Positions 12,702 to 25,223 of a DNA stretch of 64,000 bases are shown here, piece by piece. Each line of letters opens with the position of its first letter. Positions within the stretch are counted from its first letter, which is position 1. Position numbers and translations under genes: made by a program. Below the pieces are notes generated by a model that saw only the letters and a program-made list of their open reading frames with translations, ran no database searches and had not been told where the DNA came from. Location: the NCBI RefSeq assembly GCF_044704955.1, contig NC_091985.1, forward strand, positions 115,382,001-115,446,000, given 5' to 3'. The DNA is from Pristiophorus japonicus. Taxonomy: Eukaryota.

Positions 12702-15640
12702 ATGGGGAACATGTGCAGGGAGACAGAGGGAAATAAAATGGAGGCAGAAGCAAAAAATAGAACGGAGAATAGTAAAAGTGGTGGGCAGAGAAACCCAATG
12801 CAAAAAACAAAAAGGGCCAGAAACCCAATGCAAAAAACAAAAAGGGCCACATTACAGCAAAATTCTAAAGGGGCAAAGTGTGTTGAAAAGACAAGCCTGA
12901 AGGCTCTGTGCCTCAATTCAAAGAGTATTCGGAATAAGGTGGACGAATTAACTGCGCAGACAGTAGTTAATGGATATGATGTAATTGGCATCACGGAGAT
13001 ATGGGTCCAGGGTGACCAAGGCTGGAAACTCAACATCCAGGGGTATTCAACATTTAGGAAGGATAGGCATAGAGGAAAAGGAGGCGGGGAGGTGTTGCTG
13101 GTTAAAGAGGAAATGAATGCAACAGTAAGGAGGGACATTAGTCTGGATGATGTGGAATCGGTATGGGTGGAGTTGCGGAATACCAAAGGGCAGAAAACGC
13201 TAGTGGGAGTTGTGTACAGACCACCAAACAGTAGTAGTGAGGTTGGGGACAGTATCAAACAAGAAATAAGGGATATGTGCAATAAAGGTACAGCAGTTAT
13301 CATGGGTGACTTTAATCTACATATTGATTGGGCTAACCAAACTGGTAGTAATGCGATGGAGGAGGATTTCCTGGAGTGTATTAGGGATGGTTTTCTCAAC
13401 CAATATGTCAAGGAACCAACTAGAGAGCTGGCCATCCTAGACTGGATGATGTGTAATGAGAAGGGACTAATTAGCAATCTTGTTGTGCGAGGCCCCTTGG
13501 GGAAGAGTGACCATAATATGGTAGAATTCTTTATGAAGATGGAGAGTGACACAGTTAATTTGGAAACTAGAGTCCTGAACTTAAGGAAAGGTATCTTCGA
13601 CGATATGACGCGTGAATTGGCTAGAATAGACTTGCAAAGGATACTTAAAAGGGTTGACGGTGGATAAGCAATGGCAAACATTTGAAGATCATATGGATGA
13701 ACTTCAGCAATTGTACATCCCTGTCTGGAGTAAAAATAAAACGGGGAAGGTGGCTCAACCGTGGCTAACAAGAGAAATTAAGGATCGTGTTAAAAATAAA
13801 GGAAGAGGCATTTAAATTGGCTAGAAAAAGAAACAAACCGGAGGACTGGGAGAAATTTAGAATTCAACAGAGGAGGACTAAGGGTTTAATTAAGAGGGGG
13901 AAAATAGAGTACAAGAGGAAGCTTGCAGGAAACATAAAAACTGACTGCAAAAGCTTCTATAAATATGTGAAGAGAAAAAGATTAGTGAAGACAAACGTAG
14001 GTCCCTTGCAGTCGGATTCAGGTGCATTTATAGTGGGGAACAAAGAAATGACAGACCAAGTGAACAAATACTTTGGTTCTGTCTTCACGAAGGAAGACAC
14101 GAATAACCTTCCGAATGTACTTGGGGTCAGTGGGTCTAGTGAGAAGGAGGAACTGAGGGATATCCTTATTAGGTGGGAAATTGTATTAGGGGAATTGATG
14201 GGATTGAAGGATGATAAATCCCCGAGGCCTGACTGTCTGCATCCCAGAGTACTTAAGGAAGTGACCCTAGAAATAGTGGATGCATTGGTGATCATTTTCC
14301 AACAGTCTATCGACCCTGGATCAGTTCCCTGGAGGGTAGCTAATGTAAAAAAGGAGAGAGAAAACTGGTAATTATAGACTGGTTAGCCTGACTTCAGTAG
14401 TGGGGAAAATGTTGGAATCAATCATTGAGGGAAATAACAGTGCATTTGGAAAGCAGTGACAGGATCGGTCCAAGACAGCATGGATTTATGAAAGGGAAAA
14501 CATGCTTGGCGAATCTTCTGGAATTTTTTGAGGATGTAACTAGCAGAGTGGACAAGGGAGAACCAGTGGATGTGGTGTATTTGGACTTTCAAAAGGCTTT
14601 TGACAAAGTCCCGCACAAGAGATTGGTGTGCAAAGTCAAAGCGCATGGTATTGGGGGTAATGTACTGACGTGGATAGAGAACTAGTTGGCAGGCAGGAAG
14701 CAGAAAGTCAGGATAAACGGGTGCTTTTCAGAATGGCAGGCAGTGATTTGTGGAGTGCCGCAGGGCTCAGTGCTGGGACCCCAGCTCTTTACAATATACA
14801 TTAACGATTTGGATGAAGGAATTGAGTGTAATATCTCCAAGTTTGCAGATGACACTAAACTGGATGGAGGTGTGAGCTGTGAGGGGGACGCTAAGAGGCT
14901 GCAGGGTGACTTGGAAAGGTTAGGTGAGTGGGCAAATGCATGGCAGATGCAGTATAATGTGGATAAATGTGAGGTTATCCATTTTGGGGGCAAAAACACG
15001 AAGGCAGAATATTATCTGAATGGCAGCAGATTAGGAAAAGGGGAGGTGCAACGCGACCTGGGTTTTTCAGTCATTGAAGGTTGGCATGCAGGTACAACAG
15101 GTGGTGAAGGCGGCAAATGATATGTTGGCTTTCATAGCTAGGTGATTTGAGTATAGGAGCAGGGAGGTCTTACTGCAGTTGTACAGGGCCTTAGTAAGCC
15201 CTCACCTGGAATATTGTGTTCAGTTTTGGTCTCCTAATCTGAGGAAGGACGTTCTTGCTATTGAGGGAGTACAGCGAAGGTTCACCAGGCTAATTCCAGG
15301 GATGGCTGGACTATTATGAGAGACTGGATCAACTGGGCTTTTATTCACTGGAGATTTGAAGGATGAGAGGGGATCTCATAGAAACGTATAAGATTCTGAC
15401 GGGACGGGACAGGTTAGATGCAGGAAGAATGATCCCAATGTTGGGGAGGTCCAGAACCAGGGGACATAGTCTTAGGATAAGGGGTAGGCCATTTAGAACT
15501 GAGATGAGGAGAAACTTCTCACTCAGAGAGTTGTTAACCTGTGGAATTCTCTGCCGCAGAGACTTATTGATGCCAGTTCATTGGATATATTCAAGAGGGA
15601 GTTAGATATGGCCCTTACGGCTAAGGGGATCAAGGGGTAC
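12702..15640 (+). pseudogene. CR1 ORF2, AP endonuclease plus reverse transcriptase, fragmented
   Basis: GITEIW, VYRPP, MGDFN, SDHN (APE); YLDFQKAFDKVPH, GVPQGSVLGP, FADDTKL (RT); 30-bp tandem duplication at ~12789-12848. Confidence 0.9.
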
Positions 15641-16029
15641 GGAGAGAAAGCAGGAAAGGGGTATCGAGGGAATGATCAACCATGATCTTATTGAATGGCG
15701 GTGCAGGTTCGAAGTGCCGAATGGCCTACTCCTACACCTATTTTCTATGTTTCTCTCTCTGTCCTCTCTCTCTGTCCCTCATTCTCTTTTTCTGTCTATC
15801 CATCGCTTTTGCTCTCTCTCTCTCTCTCTGGCTCTATCTCCCTCTGTCTTTCATTCTCTGTCTCTCTTACCCCTGTGCCTCTAGTTCCTCTCTCTGTCTG
15901 TGTCTCTCTCTCTCTCTCTCTCTCTCTGTCCCTCACTCTCGTTCTTTCCTTCTATTACTCTTTCGCTCTATCACTCAAGTGTCCCTCTGTTCCTCTCTCT
16001 CACTGTCTTTTTCTCTCTCTGTCTCTGGA

Positions 16030-16195
16030 TGAGAATTTTGAAATCGAGGCGTTGCTTAACCGGGAGCTAATCTCGGTCAGTGAGCTCAGGGGTGATGGGT
16101 GAACAGGACTAGGTGCGAGTTAGGACACAGGCAGTTGGCTTTTGGATGACCTCAAGATTATGTAGGGTTGAACGTGGGGGGCCAGCCAGGAGTGA
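16030..16195 (-). mobile_element. L2-clade LINE fragment
   Basis: Reverse complement matches the L2 piece at 44060-44222 (ctacgtaaacttgaggtcatccaaaac...ttgatttcaaaattctcatc). Confidence 0.7.
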
Positions 16196-16218
16196 GAAGA
16201 GAGACAGGAAGATATATA

Positions 16219-18172
16219 GGGCTAGATTTTACACTTTTGTGCAGATCGCCCAAAAATGGGCGTTATTTCCGGCGTGGACGGTAAAAATGGGTTTTCAGAT
16301 CGCCGGCTTCTCGCCCATAATCAAAGCACCTAGTCTCCACTTTTGAAATTGGACATTACCGCGAACGATACGAAAAAGGCGACAGCATTAAATCTCTCTG
16401 ACCATCTGCCTTAAAGTATCACCATCCTTAACAACGGCATGGCAACGCCTGATTTCTGTGATTCAGGAGGTCAAGGGTCATAATGACATGCTCAGAAGAG
16501 GAGACGGAGAGAGAGGGAGATGAGAGGGACTGAAAGCATGTGTGGCTGTGGTGTGTGCTTCTTTGGCTGTTGAGGGAGGCACGAGGGAGATTCACCACCA
16601 GCAGTAAAAAGCCTACTAAGCACCAAGAACATAGTTGACACCGAGTTTTTGTCCAACAAATAATATATATAACATGGAAGAGATGGTGGAGGCCCTGGAT
16701 TTGGTAGCCAGGAACGCTGGTGACAGAGGACTCCCAGTGGTTCTGGAGTGCGGCACTGCACCCCAAGGTGCCGCACCCCCATTGCCAATGACACAAGAGC
16801 CAGGAACAACATCTTGCTTCTGGCTTGAAGCATGTTCCCACCTCGGGACCATCCTCTCCCTTATCCGTCCAAGCAGCGGTTTGGCTATCATCCCCCCCCC
16901 AATGAAGCATTGCCTGAGGAACTCCTCGGCCAGGCGGCATGGAGTCAGGAGGGGAAGGGGAAGGGTAGAGGTGGGGAGGAGAAGTGGAGGGGGGTGTGGA
17001 GGAAGGGCTGGTTTTTACAGAAATACTGATGATTTCAGACAAATGTTCAGTTTAAATGTTTTTTATTTAACAAAACCTTGTTGCGCACTGGCTCAGATAG
17101 CTGCACTATTACACGCTGGTGATTCCTTATCAAAGGGTATAATTACACTTAACTTCAATCAACTTAAACTTTAATTGTCACCAATGATGTATGACCTGCA
17201 CACTCAGCAGTGTGTCAGCCTTGTAAATACCACCAACGTTCTTTCAGGCAAAGCGCTCATTGATGAGCTCCTGAGATAAGGCTCTTGCAGCTATCATGCC
17301 ACCACGGGCCCTTTCTTGCGGTCTACGGGGTGGGGGGGCAGTGGCATGGCTTCAGCGTCAGTCTGCTTGTCTGGGTCGATGTCAGCGTCCGCCTCCTCTT
17401 CCTCTCTTTGGTGAGGTGGACTGTCAGACTTTCAGGCAACTCTTGTGCCCTCCTGGTAGCCAAGTTGTGCAGCATGGAGCACACCACCACAACATCAATC
17501 TGGCACATCTTACATTGGGCACATAATGCTGTGAGTGTATCTTCGGTCATCTCAAGTCTGCAACATGTAATTGGTCATCAAGACAGGGTGAGAAAGGACA
17601 GGCCCCATTGCAATAGCTCTGTTTCCAACCGATTGGTCTCAAAGAATGAATGTCACGACGAAGACACATATTAAATTCCAATCATTCACAGTATGGTAAA
17701 GATATTTGTACAGATGTTCACATCACCTCCAAATACCTCCAGAGTACATCCGAACTCCCCTGAGGTTGAAGCAGAGCATCCTTTTAAAGAATGCGACATG
17801 TGATGTCGAACATGGCGTCCATAACACTGTGATTAGTTCCAGTTAGTTCCACTTTTTCCGGGCGTTTTTTTGGGCGAGCGATATAGTCGGCAATATGTGT
17901 CCGAGGTGGTGAAAGTGACGCTGGGCGATCTCACGGCCATTAGTTTTGGCCAATGTGATCTTTAAGACAAAAAAAGTGAGCGAGCAGTATTATTTTTTCC
18001 CAGCGTTACGCAAATGGGGAAAGTAACACTCGGCGATAAGTTTCCGAAAAATGCCCGGTCAGTTTCCATTTTGTGGCTAAATAGGCGATATATGGGCGTT
18101 ATACGTCATTTCAGCGGTAAAATGGACATTAAGTGAGCGTTAAGCATGCAAAAAAAGTGGAAAATCTAGCCC
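16219..18172 (+). mobile_element. PIF/Harbinger transposon, deleted derivative retaining Myb-gene 3' end and transposase remnants
   Basis: TIRs gggctagattttacactt / aagtggaaaatctagccc; flanks ata/atc; minus-strand VVVCSMLHNLA (HARBI1-type C-terminal motif) near 17455-17495; ends similar to 18285-21417. Confidence 0.85.
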
Positions 18173-18284
18173 ATCGAGAGACATCAACAGAGAGATAGAG
18201 ACACAGAAACAGAAGGACAGAGTCACCTGTCTATTGGTGCGACGGACTGATATTCTCAGGGGACTTTCACATTCCAGACTCTAT

Positions 18285-21200
18285 GGGCTAGAACCTCCAC
18301 TTTTGTGCTTATCGTCCAAAAATTTTCGGCGTGGGCAGTAAAAAAGGATTTTCAGATCGCCGGCTTCTCGCCCATTCTCAAAACACCTAGTTTCCATTTT
18401 TGAAAATGGGCGTTACCGCGAACGATATGAAATAGGCGGTAGTGTTAAATCTCTCTGACCTTCTGCCTTAAAGTATCGCATCCTTAGCAACGGCATGGCA
18501 ATACTGATTCCTGTGATTCAGGAGGTCAAAGGTCATAATGACATGCGCAGAAGAGGAGACAGAGAGAGAGGGAGCTCAGAGGGACTGAAGGCGTGTCTGG
18601 GTGTGGCGTGGCTGCTTTGGGAGGAAGGAGGGAGACTTTAGAGCTTCACAGCAAGTAGGCAAACAAAAATGAGCTGTTACCAGCCACATATTTGACTGCA
18701 TTTGGCCTATAATGGAGAGGAGGAGGCATCACAGCACGCTATGGAGACTGACGCTGGAGAGAGCAGTGTGGGAGAGGAGCACATTGGAGGGCGCAAAAGA
18801 GCCAGGAGGTTCTCAGACGATGCAAATGCCTCCCTCCTGCAGGAGGTTGAGTTATGCTGGGGTGATTTGACACAGGGACGGCATAGGAAGCCCACCCCAA
18901 AGGCATACCAGAAGATATGGACCGAGACAGCAGAGGTGGGCTTCGGCGACCAATGAGGTGCAAGAGGGCAATCAATGCCGCAAACGATGGAACGACCTTG
19001 TGGGATCCGCAAGAGTAACTAATACATTGATTTACATGTACTTATGTATTTATATAATTTGATTTGTAACAGTTATGAGTGACTATCATCAGATGTGAGG
19101 TCTTTCACTTTTACCAGGAATGTTTTACTCAAAGCCTGTGGTCACGGTGCACGTCTTTAGGTAAAGAATGATAATTTCTTAATAATCATGATTACATCTG
19201 TTGGTTATGTGTTGTATCAGTGTCTGTGACAGTACCTAGCAATGATATCACACAATGATCTCAAGCAATGTCATCCTGTCACCTTTTACAGAAGAAGCTA
19301 TCGACGATGAGGTCCAGACACAGGTGAATAGGTGGAGGGCACCAGTCCCCAGCTTTATCATCGACATGTAAGAGCGTGTGCTCGCACTCGTGCGGTACCA
19401 CCCCCGGACAGCCATGGACGCATCTGCAGACCCTGAAGTGATGCCACGTGAGTAAAGCTTACACCATTGCGCAATGTAATGTCAATAGATGCCACACCCA
19501 CTCATATCCAAACATTCGTATATGATAGATGATTTCTAAAATAGTCATAGAAATAATGATGGCCTAATGAAAATCATTGCAATGCAAATGTGTTGGTGGT
19601 CATGAAATGTAATGTCTGCGATGATTTTGAGAGCGGTGGTGCTTTTGTCGTGCATATGCTGTATGTAGCGCTGGACTCACCTTGTGACCCTAGCACCCCA
19701 TTCTCCTCTAATAACCTCATTTGTGTTTTTCAGCTCAGCCAGCAGCGCGTCCCAAGGCAAGACCACAGAGGCCAGAAGGTGAGGGCGTGGAACAGGAGTC
19801 GACGGACAATCCTACGTCTGGTGCTAAAGAGCTCCGATTCTCGCCGGTCAATCCGCTGGGTCTGTTCTCCACAGATGAAAGCATGGATTTCGAGGAACCT
19901 GCATCGCCACACTCCAGAAGCCATTCCACCCGAAGGCTATCTAGTGGTCCTCCAGTCATTCCCATCTCCACTGGAGGTACCGGCCCCAAACACCTCGCCA
20001 CAGGGCACCCAATTTGTCCTCAGCACTGCGCCGATCCCACGGAGGTCCCGTGGACACGACAGGTCTGTTCCACGTGCACCACATGACAGCGGAGAGATGG
20101 TACAGTTTTTCAGGAGGACTGTAGACATTGGTGAATAGCTCATCAAAGCATTGTGGAGCATATCCCGACAGCTGGCCACCATGACGGAGTACATTCCGCG
20201 GATGGCGGAGACCCTGGATGCGATAGCCAGGAACACTGCTGACACAGGCCTCCCAGTGGTCCCCGAGCGCGACACTCCACTGCTAGTTCCGCACCACCGC
20301 TGCGAACGACAGATGAGAGCAAGGACCAAGATCCTGCTTCTGCATCAGAGAATGTTGCCCCCTCGGCATCCCCCGCTCCCGTACCCATGCAACGACCACA
20401 TCTGCCTTCATCCCCAATGAGGCACCGCCTGAGGAGCTCCTCAGCCGTGGAGCGAGGAGGGGAAGGGGTAGAGGTGGGGAGAAGAAGGGGAGGGGGGAAG
20501 GAAAGTGAGGTGCATGTCTGCAGGTGATGGCAGTGTTATATCTCCATCTGGGTGTATGCAATTTGTTGCAATGTATCGGGGCTGGGGACCACGCTCCAGC
20601 TTTGCCTTTGTATTCTGTGTTGCTGGACATGTTGAACATGTGATTGATGTCAGTGGTGGAAAAAGTGTGGTGTGGGCGGGGATACTTATGATTTCAGACC
20701 AATGTTCGTATAAAATTTTTGTGATTGAACATAACCTTGTTGCGCATTGTCTCAGATAGCTGCACCGTTACACACTGTTGATTCCGTAAATACAACTTAA
20801 CATCAATCAACGTAAACTTTAACTGGCACCAAGTTGATGGGCACCATTGATGTCTGAGCTGCACACACATAGCAGTGTGTCAGCGTTGTCACTCTCATCA
20901 ACGCTCTTTCAAGCAAATTCTTCAGATTTCAGCTCCTCACGCAAGAGTGGGATTTTAAAAATACCAGCCACACCGCTGGCGTTCGTTCAGAACAGTTCCA
21001 CCTTTTGAGGGCGTTTTTTTGGGCGAGCGATATTGTGGGCGATGTGTGTGCGAGGTGGGAAAAGTGACGGTGGGCGATCTCCTGGGCGTTAGTTTCACCA
21101 AATGTGCTCTTTACGACAAAAAAGTGGGCGGACGGGATTATTGAATTTCGCCGTTAATTCCATGCGGAAAGTAATGCTAGGCGATACTATGGGCGTTGGT

Positions 21201-21417
21201 TTTGCTCATTCTGATGATTCCGCCCAAAAAAAGGGGGCCGGCGGTAATATTTGTTCCTGGCGTCAACCACATGGGAAAGTAACGCTCAGCGGTAAGTTTT
21301 CTAAAAATGCCCGTCAGTTTCCATTTTGTGCCAAAATGGGCACTATATGGTCGTTATACATAATTTCAGTCGTTAAATGGGCGTTAAACATGCAAAAAAA
21401 AGTGGAGGTTCTAGCCC
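18285..21417 (+). mobile_element. PIF/Harbinger transposon carrying the Myb/SANT gene, transposase deleted
   Basis: Perfect 20-bp TIRs gggctagaacctccactttt / aaaagtggaggttctagccc; 3-bp TSD TAT; many subterminal tgggcg motifs. Confidence 0.92.
18702..20420 (+). pseudogene. Harbinger Myb/SANT-like DNA-binding protein (NAIF1/MSANTD-type), 3 exons, disrupted
   Basis: RKRARRFSDDANASLL..W....KIW and QCRKRWNDL; GT-AG introns 19015-19291 and 19448-19733; in-frame stops and frameshift. Confidence 0.75.
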
Positions 21418-22147
21418 TATGAAAACTTTGTTGCTCCTGACTCTGCCTTCCCACTAATCTGAGTACATATGCTTTATCCCTGCTCTCTGACTCATACTTC
21501 CCAATCCATTTTCAATTCAACAGGCTACTTCCAATTCCATACATTCTCATTTTTGATAGCAATAACATCTCTCCACATTTGGAAATTGAACCCTGGTATC
21601 CCTGGTTATAGATGGGCACACTGAGCATTATATTAATGAGGAAATAATGCTAATGACCTGGCTAGGAGTGACGCCCCCATAAGCTCACGAAAGGCATTAA
21701 CCGCTTCGAGTGAGACTGGAGGGGTCAACTGCTCCTTTTAGGGATTAATCAATTACTGTGGGACTGGAGGGGTAGTGCACTTCCTTCAGGAATCATCCAC
21801 GTAGTCTGGGACTGAAGGGAGGCAGGGTATCTTCCCCAAATGACACGATTGGGTTTTTTCCTCAATCCGGAATTTTCTATGGTTATTAATCCACAAATTG
21901 CCAGATATTTTTGAATTGTGGGAATTGAACACCATCCAGTTCGATTCCAGTCCTATGGCCACTAAAGTTCCATACCTGACCTGTGAGCACTTTGTTATCT
22001 TTAGCAGTCCAGAGCCGGCACTGAGTTAGAAACCAGAAATTGGAGTGTGATATCAAAGGAAGGAATTGGTGCTGAACCTTTAAAAATCACTGGGTAGGTC
22101 CCAGCCGAAGTGTCGTGGCCAATTCTTGACACCACACTTTAGGAAAG

Positions 22148-22738
22148 ATAAGAACATAAGAAATAAGAACAGGAGTAGGCCATAAGGCCCTTCAAGAATG
22201 CTCTGCCATTCAGTAAGATTATGGCTGATGTGATCATGGACTCAGCTCCACTTTCCCGCCCGCTCCCCATAACCCCTGTCTATTTCTGTCTTAAATTTAT
22301 TTAATGTCCCAGCTTCCACAGCTCTCTGAGGAAGCGAATTCCACAGATTCACAACCCTCTGAGAAAAAAAAATTCTCCTCATCTCTATTTTAAATGGGCG
22401 GCCCTGTATTCTAAGATCATGCCCTCTAGTTCTAGTCTCCCCCATCAGTGGAAACATCTTCTCTGCATCCACTTTATCAAGCCCCCTCATAATCTTTTAC
22501 GTTTCGATAAGAACACCTCTCATTCTTCTGAATTCCAATGAGTAGAAGCCCAACCTCCTCAACCTTTCCAAGTAAGTCAACCCCCTCATCCCCAGAATCA
22601 ACCTAGTGAACCTTCTCTGAACTGCTTCCAAAGCACGTATATCCTTTCGTAAATATGGAAACCCAAAACTGCATGCAGTATTCCAGGTGTGGCCTCACGA
22701 ATACCTTATATAGCTGTAGCAAGACTTCTTTGCTTTTA
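22148..22738 (-). mobile_element. CR1 3' end fragment
   Basis: Tail aagaacataagaaata..ggagtaggcc; ORF 22242-22490 RTRGH..FFSQRVVNLWNSLP. Confidence 0.88.
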
Positions 22739-22874
22739 TGTCAAGGTGTCAAGGCCTTAGAGATGGTGCAGATGAGATTTTCTAGAATGGTACCAGAGAT
22801 GTGAGACTTAATTTACATAGCAAGATTATTGAAGCTGGGGTTGTTCTCCTTAGAGCAGGGAATTTTAAGGGCAG

Positions 22875-23348
22875 TGAAAGGGCAAGATTGATTAACAAAG
22901 ATGTTATCTGGTTATTGTGAAGGCACTGAGCTGGCTAAACAAGAGATATGCTTAAAACCACACGTACACATAAAACACAATAGAGCCACGAGAGGACCAC
23001 GCGTTAACCTCAAGCTCAAGGGAGCAGTAAAAAAAATGCAAAGAGGAAGTAATACAACTATATAACAATATAAGGCGAGTGACATCTGGAAGAAGGGAAC
23101 AAATGGGTATTCGATCATGCGTTGGTACAACCAATCACGTCACTGTTAAGGTCCATCCACGAGGACACTCATGCCAAAACCTGTATAATTTAGGTGTAAT
23201 TTGAACAGTTCGGTGGAGATCGTCTCTCAGGCGGCTGAGATGTGAGATGCTCCCTCTGCACGTGCTGGAATAAAAGATCATTGAAACTTATCCCAGGTCT
23301 GTTGAATCCGGGCTTGCTACGAGAGGAGATGGGCGATTCTCCCCATCA
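22875..23348 (+). repeat. ERV 5' LTR
   Basis: TG...CA; ccaat ~23131, tataat ~23184, aataaa ~23269; roughly 8% substitutions vs the 3' LTR (counted by eye). Confidence 0.93.
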
Positions 23349-23350
23349 AC

Positions 23351-23368
23351 TGGCATAGTTTGCAGGAT
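23351..23368 (+). promoter_or_regulatory. Primer binding site, tRNA-Ser (AGA/TGA-type)
   Basis: tggcatagtttgcaggat vs TGGCGTAGTCGGCAGGAT (complement of the tRNA-Ser 3' end), 15/18, 2 nt after the LTR. Confidence 0.75.
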
Positions 23369-23648
23369 ACAGACTCGCTGACCTGAAACGATGTGGCAGC
23401 TGTTGGCGTGAGTACCTTTTAAATATCACCTACAAGTTAGAGTTGAAAAACTGTTTACAGGAAAGGAGGAAATCTGTAGAAAGAATAAAGAGAGGACAGA
23501 GATCAAGGATAAGGATGATTTGGGGTATGAGTAGGCTCTAACACGGTCAACCGGGGCACGGTACTAACGAGTAAGTATCGGTCAGGAGATGCGACGGAAG
23601 TACAAGAGTAGCCCACTAAGGGAAAGGTAGCCCCTTAGCAATCTTAGA

Positions 23649-25223
23649 ATAGCGGGCGAATACAACTGGGGACCCGAGGGATCTATAGGGAAAATGCTAG
23701 CAGATAAAAACATGAGACTAATTGAGGGAATGAAGAAAAAGGGATGGCAACCAGACGACCCACCGGAGGCAGGCGAAGTGGTGGGAGTGCCAGACAAGAA
23801 GTATTAGCCTGCTATTGGGAACAAAATAAAGAGAAGGAAAGGAAGGATAAAATAATACAGGAACTAAAAGCTAAAATAAAAAAGATAGAAGAGGCAGAAG
23901 TAAGCAGTAGGAATGGTACAACATGTGCAGCAGTAACTGGGTGACCTACAGTGCCACCTACCCCACTGCCTGCACCGGTACTAATATATCCCCCACTGGA
24001 AGTTTTAAGTGAAGAAATAGAGAATAGTGGGGGACCAGAGTTGGCTCGCAAATATAATCCAGACGATGACGACTGGGGAAGAGAAGTTGGACCTCCCCCA
24101 TACCAGAAGGTACGGGCAGCCCCGATCAAGGTAGAATCTGTACCCGGCACCCCAGCTGTCCCAGCAGTACCGGCTGCCGGAGGCAACCTGGGCGCGCCCA
24201 CAATACCTGCCGTGACGCCTCAGATAAAAACCACCTATGTGTCACTGACACCCGGGGACACATTGAAGTTATTACAAATGCCACCCATGTTAGAGAGGAG
24301 ACGAAGTACTGAACAGTTTGGGCAGAAAATACGGGAAATAAGAATATGCCACAGCCTTCACAACCGAGATGTTGTGTTAGGTAGTAAGCGTTAGTTAGTA
24401 ACAGCACAAATGACTGAAGAAATGTGGCAACAGTTGGGACAACGACACTTGGTGTGCGATGATAGCCCCCACCATTGCGCAGTCGGAGGCAGAATATCAG
24501 GCGTTTAAAGCAAACGTAACTTGGGTAGCAGGAGCAATACCCATAAACTGGGGAATAATCATGGGGGTCACTCAAAACAAGGGGCAATCCGCACATGACT
24601 ATGAAGAGCGGAAATGGGTGAGCTTCCAAGTGTACTCGGGAATACTGAACCCCACCAGGGATAATCAAGCATTCCTAAAAATATACAAAGACGGGTTGAA
24701 TACTGCACTCGAAGACATATTAAAAACAGGGCTAGTCATAATGCAAAACTATGACAGCTTGTCCAGACTGGCGTCTGAGCTGGATGCTACTCAGAAAAGG
24801 AAAGTAGCTTCGGTAGAAGCGCATGTGGCCGCAGTGGCAGCAGCTGCGGAAGGAACGAGTGAGGAAGGAAAATTACACCCAGCCCCCTTGACTTGTTTTC
24901 ATTGTGGAAAAGATGGCCACTTTAGTGGAGAGTGCCAGCATATAAAAGCGGCTCAAGGGAGGAGTGGGCAATCAAGGCCGAAGTGCCAGAACTGTGACAA
25001 ATTAGACCATACAGCGAGGAAATGCTGGGCTAAGGGGGAGGGGCGGAAGGACAGCGACCCGGAGAGATTAGAGGAGCCCCAGGAGGAGAACCACCCCTGA
25101 CCAAGGGAGAAGTGGTAGCGCTCCTTAGAGAAGCTCGGCGGACTCTGCGACCATCCCGCTCCGCAAGAGACGCTTGCTAACGAGGATGTCATAAGTATGC
25201 TACAGTTGGCAGCCACTCAATAG
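23649..25223 (+). pseudogene. gag: ERV gag with two CCHC zinc knuckles
   Basis: PPPY late-domain motif; CFHCGKDGHFSGEC and CQNCDKLDHTARKC; several frameshifts and stops. Confidence 0.85.

Larger units (their letters stand above)
11828..15752 (+). mobile_element. Near full-length CR1 LINE (5' truncated in ORF1), inactive
   Basis: ORF1 esterase followed by ORF2 APE-RT; 3' end ggcctactcct..ctattttctatgtttct; many stops and frameshifts. Confidence 0.95.

Noticed and set aside
12686-13771. 361-aa minus-strand ORF
   Set aside because: Antisense shadow of the CR1 endonuclease region; no independent features
21650-21980. Possible highly decayed SINE on the minus strand and short ggactggagggg repeats
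   Set aside because: Too degenerate to assign by eye
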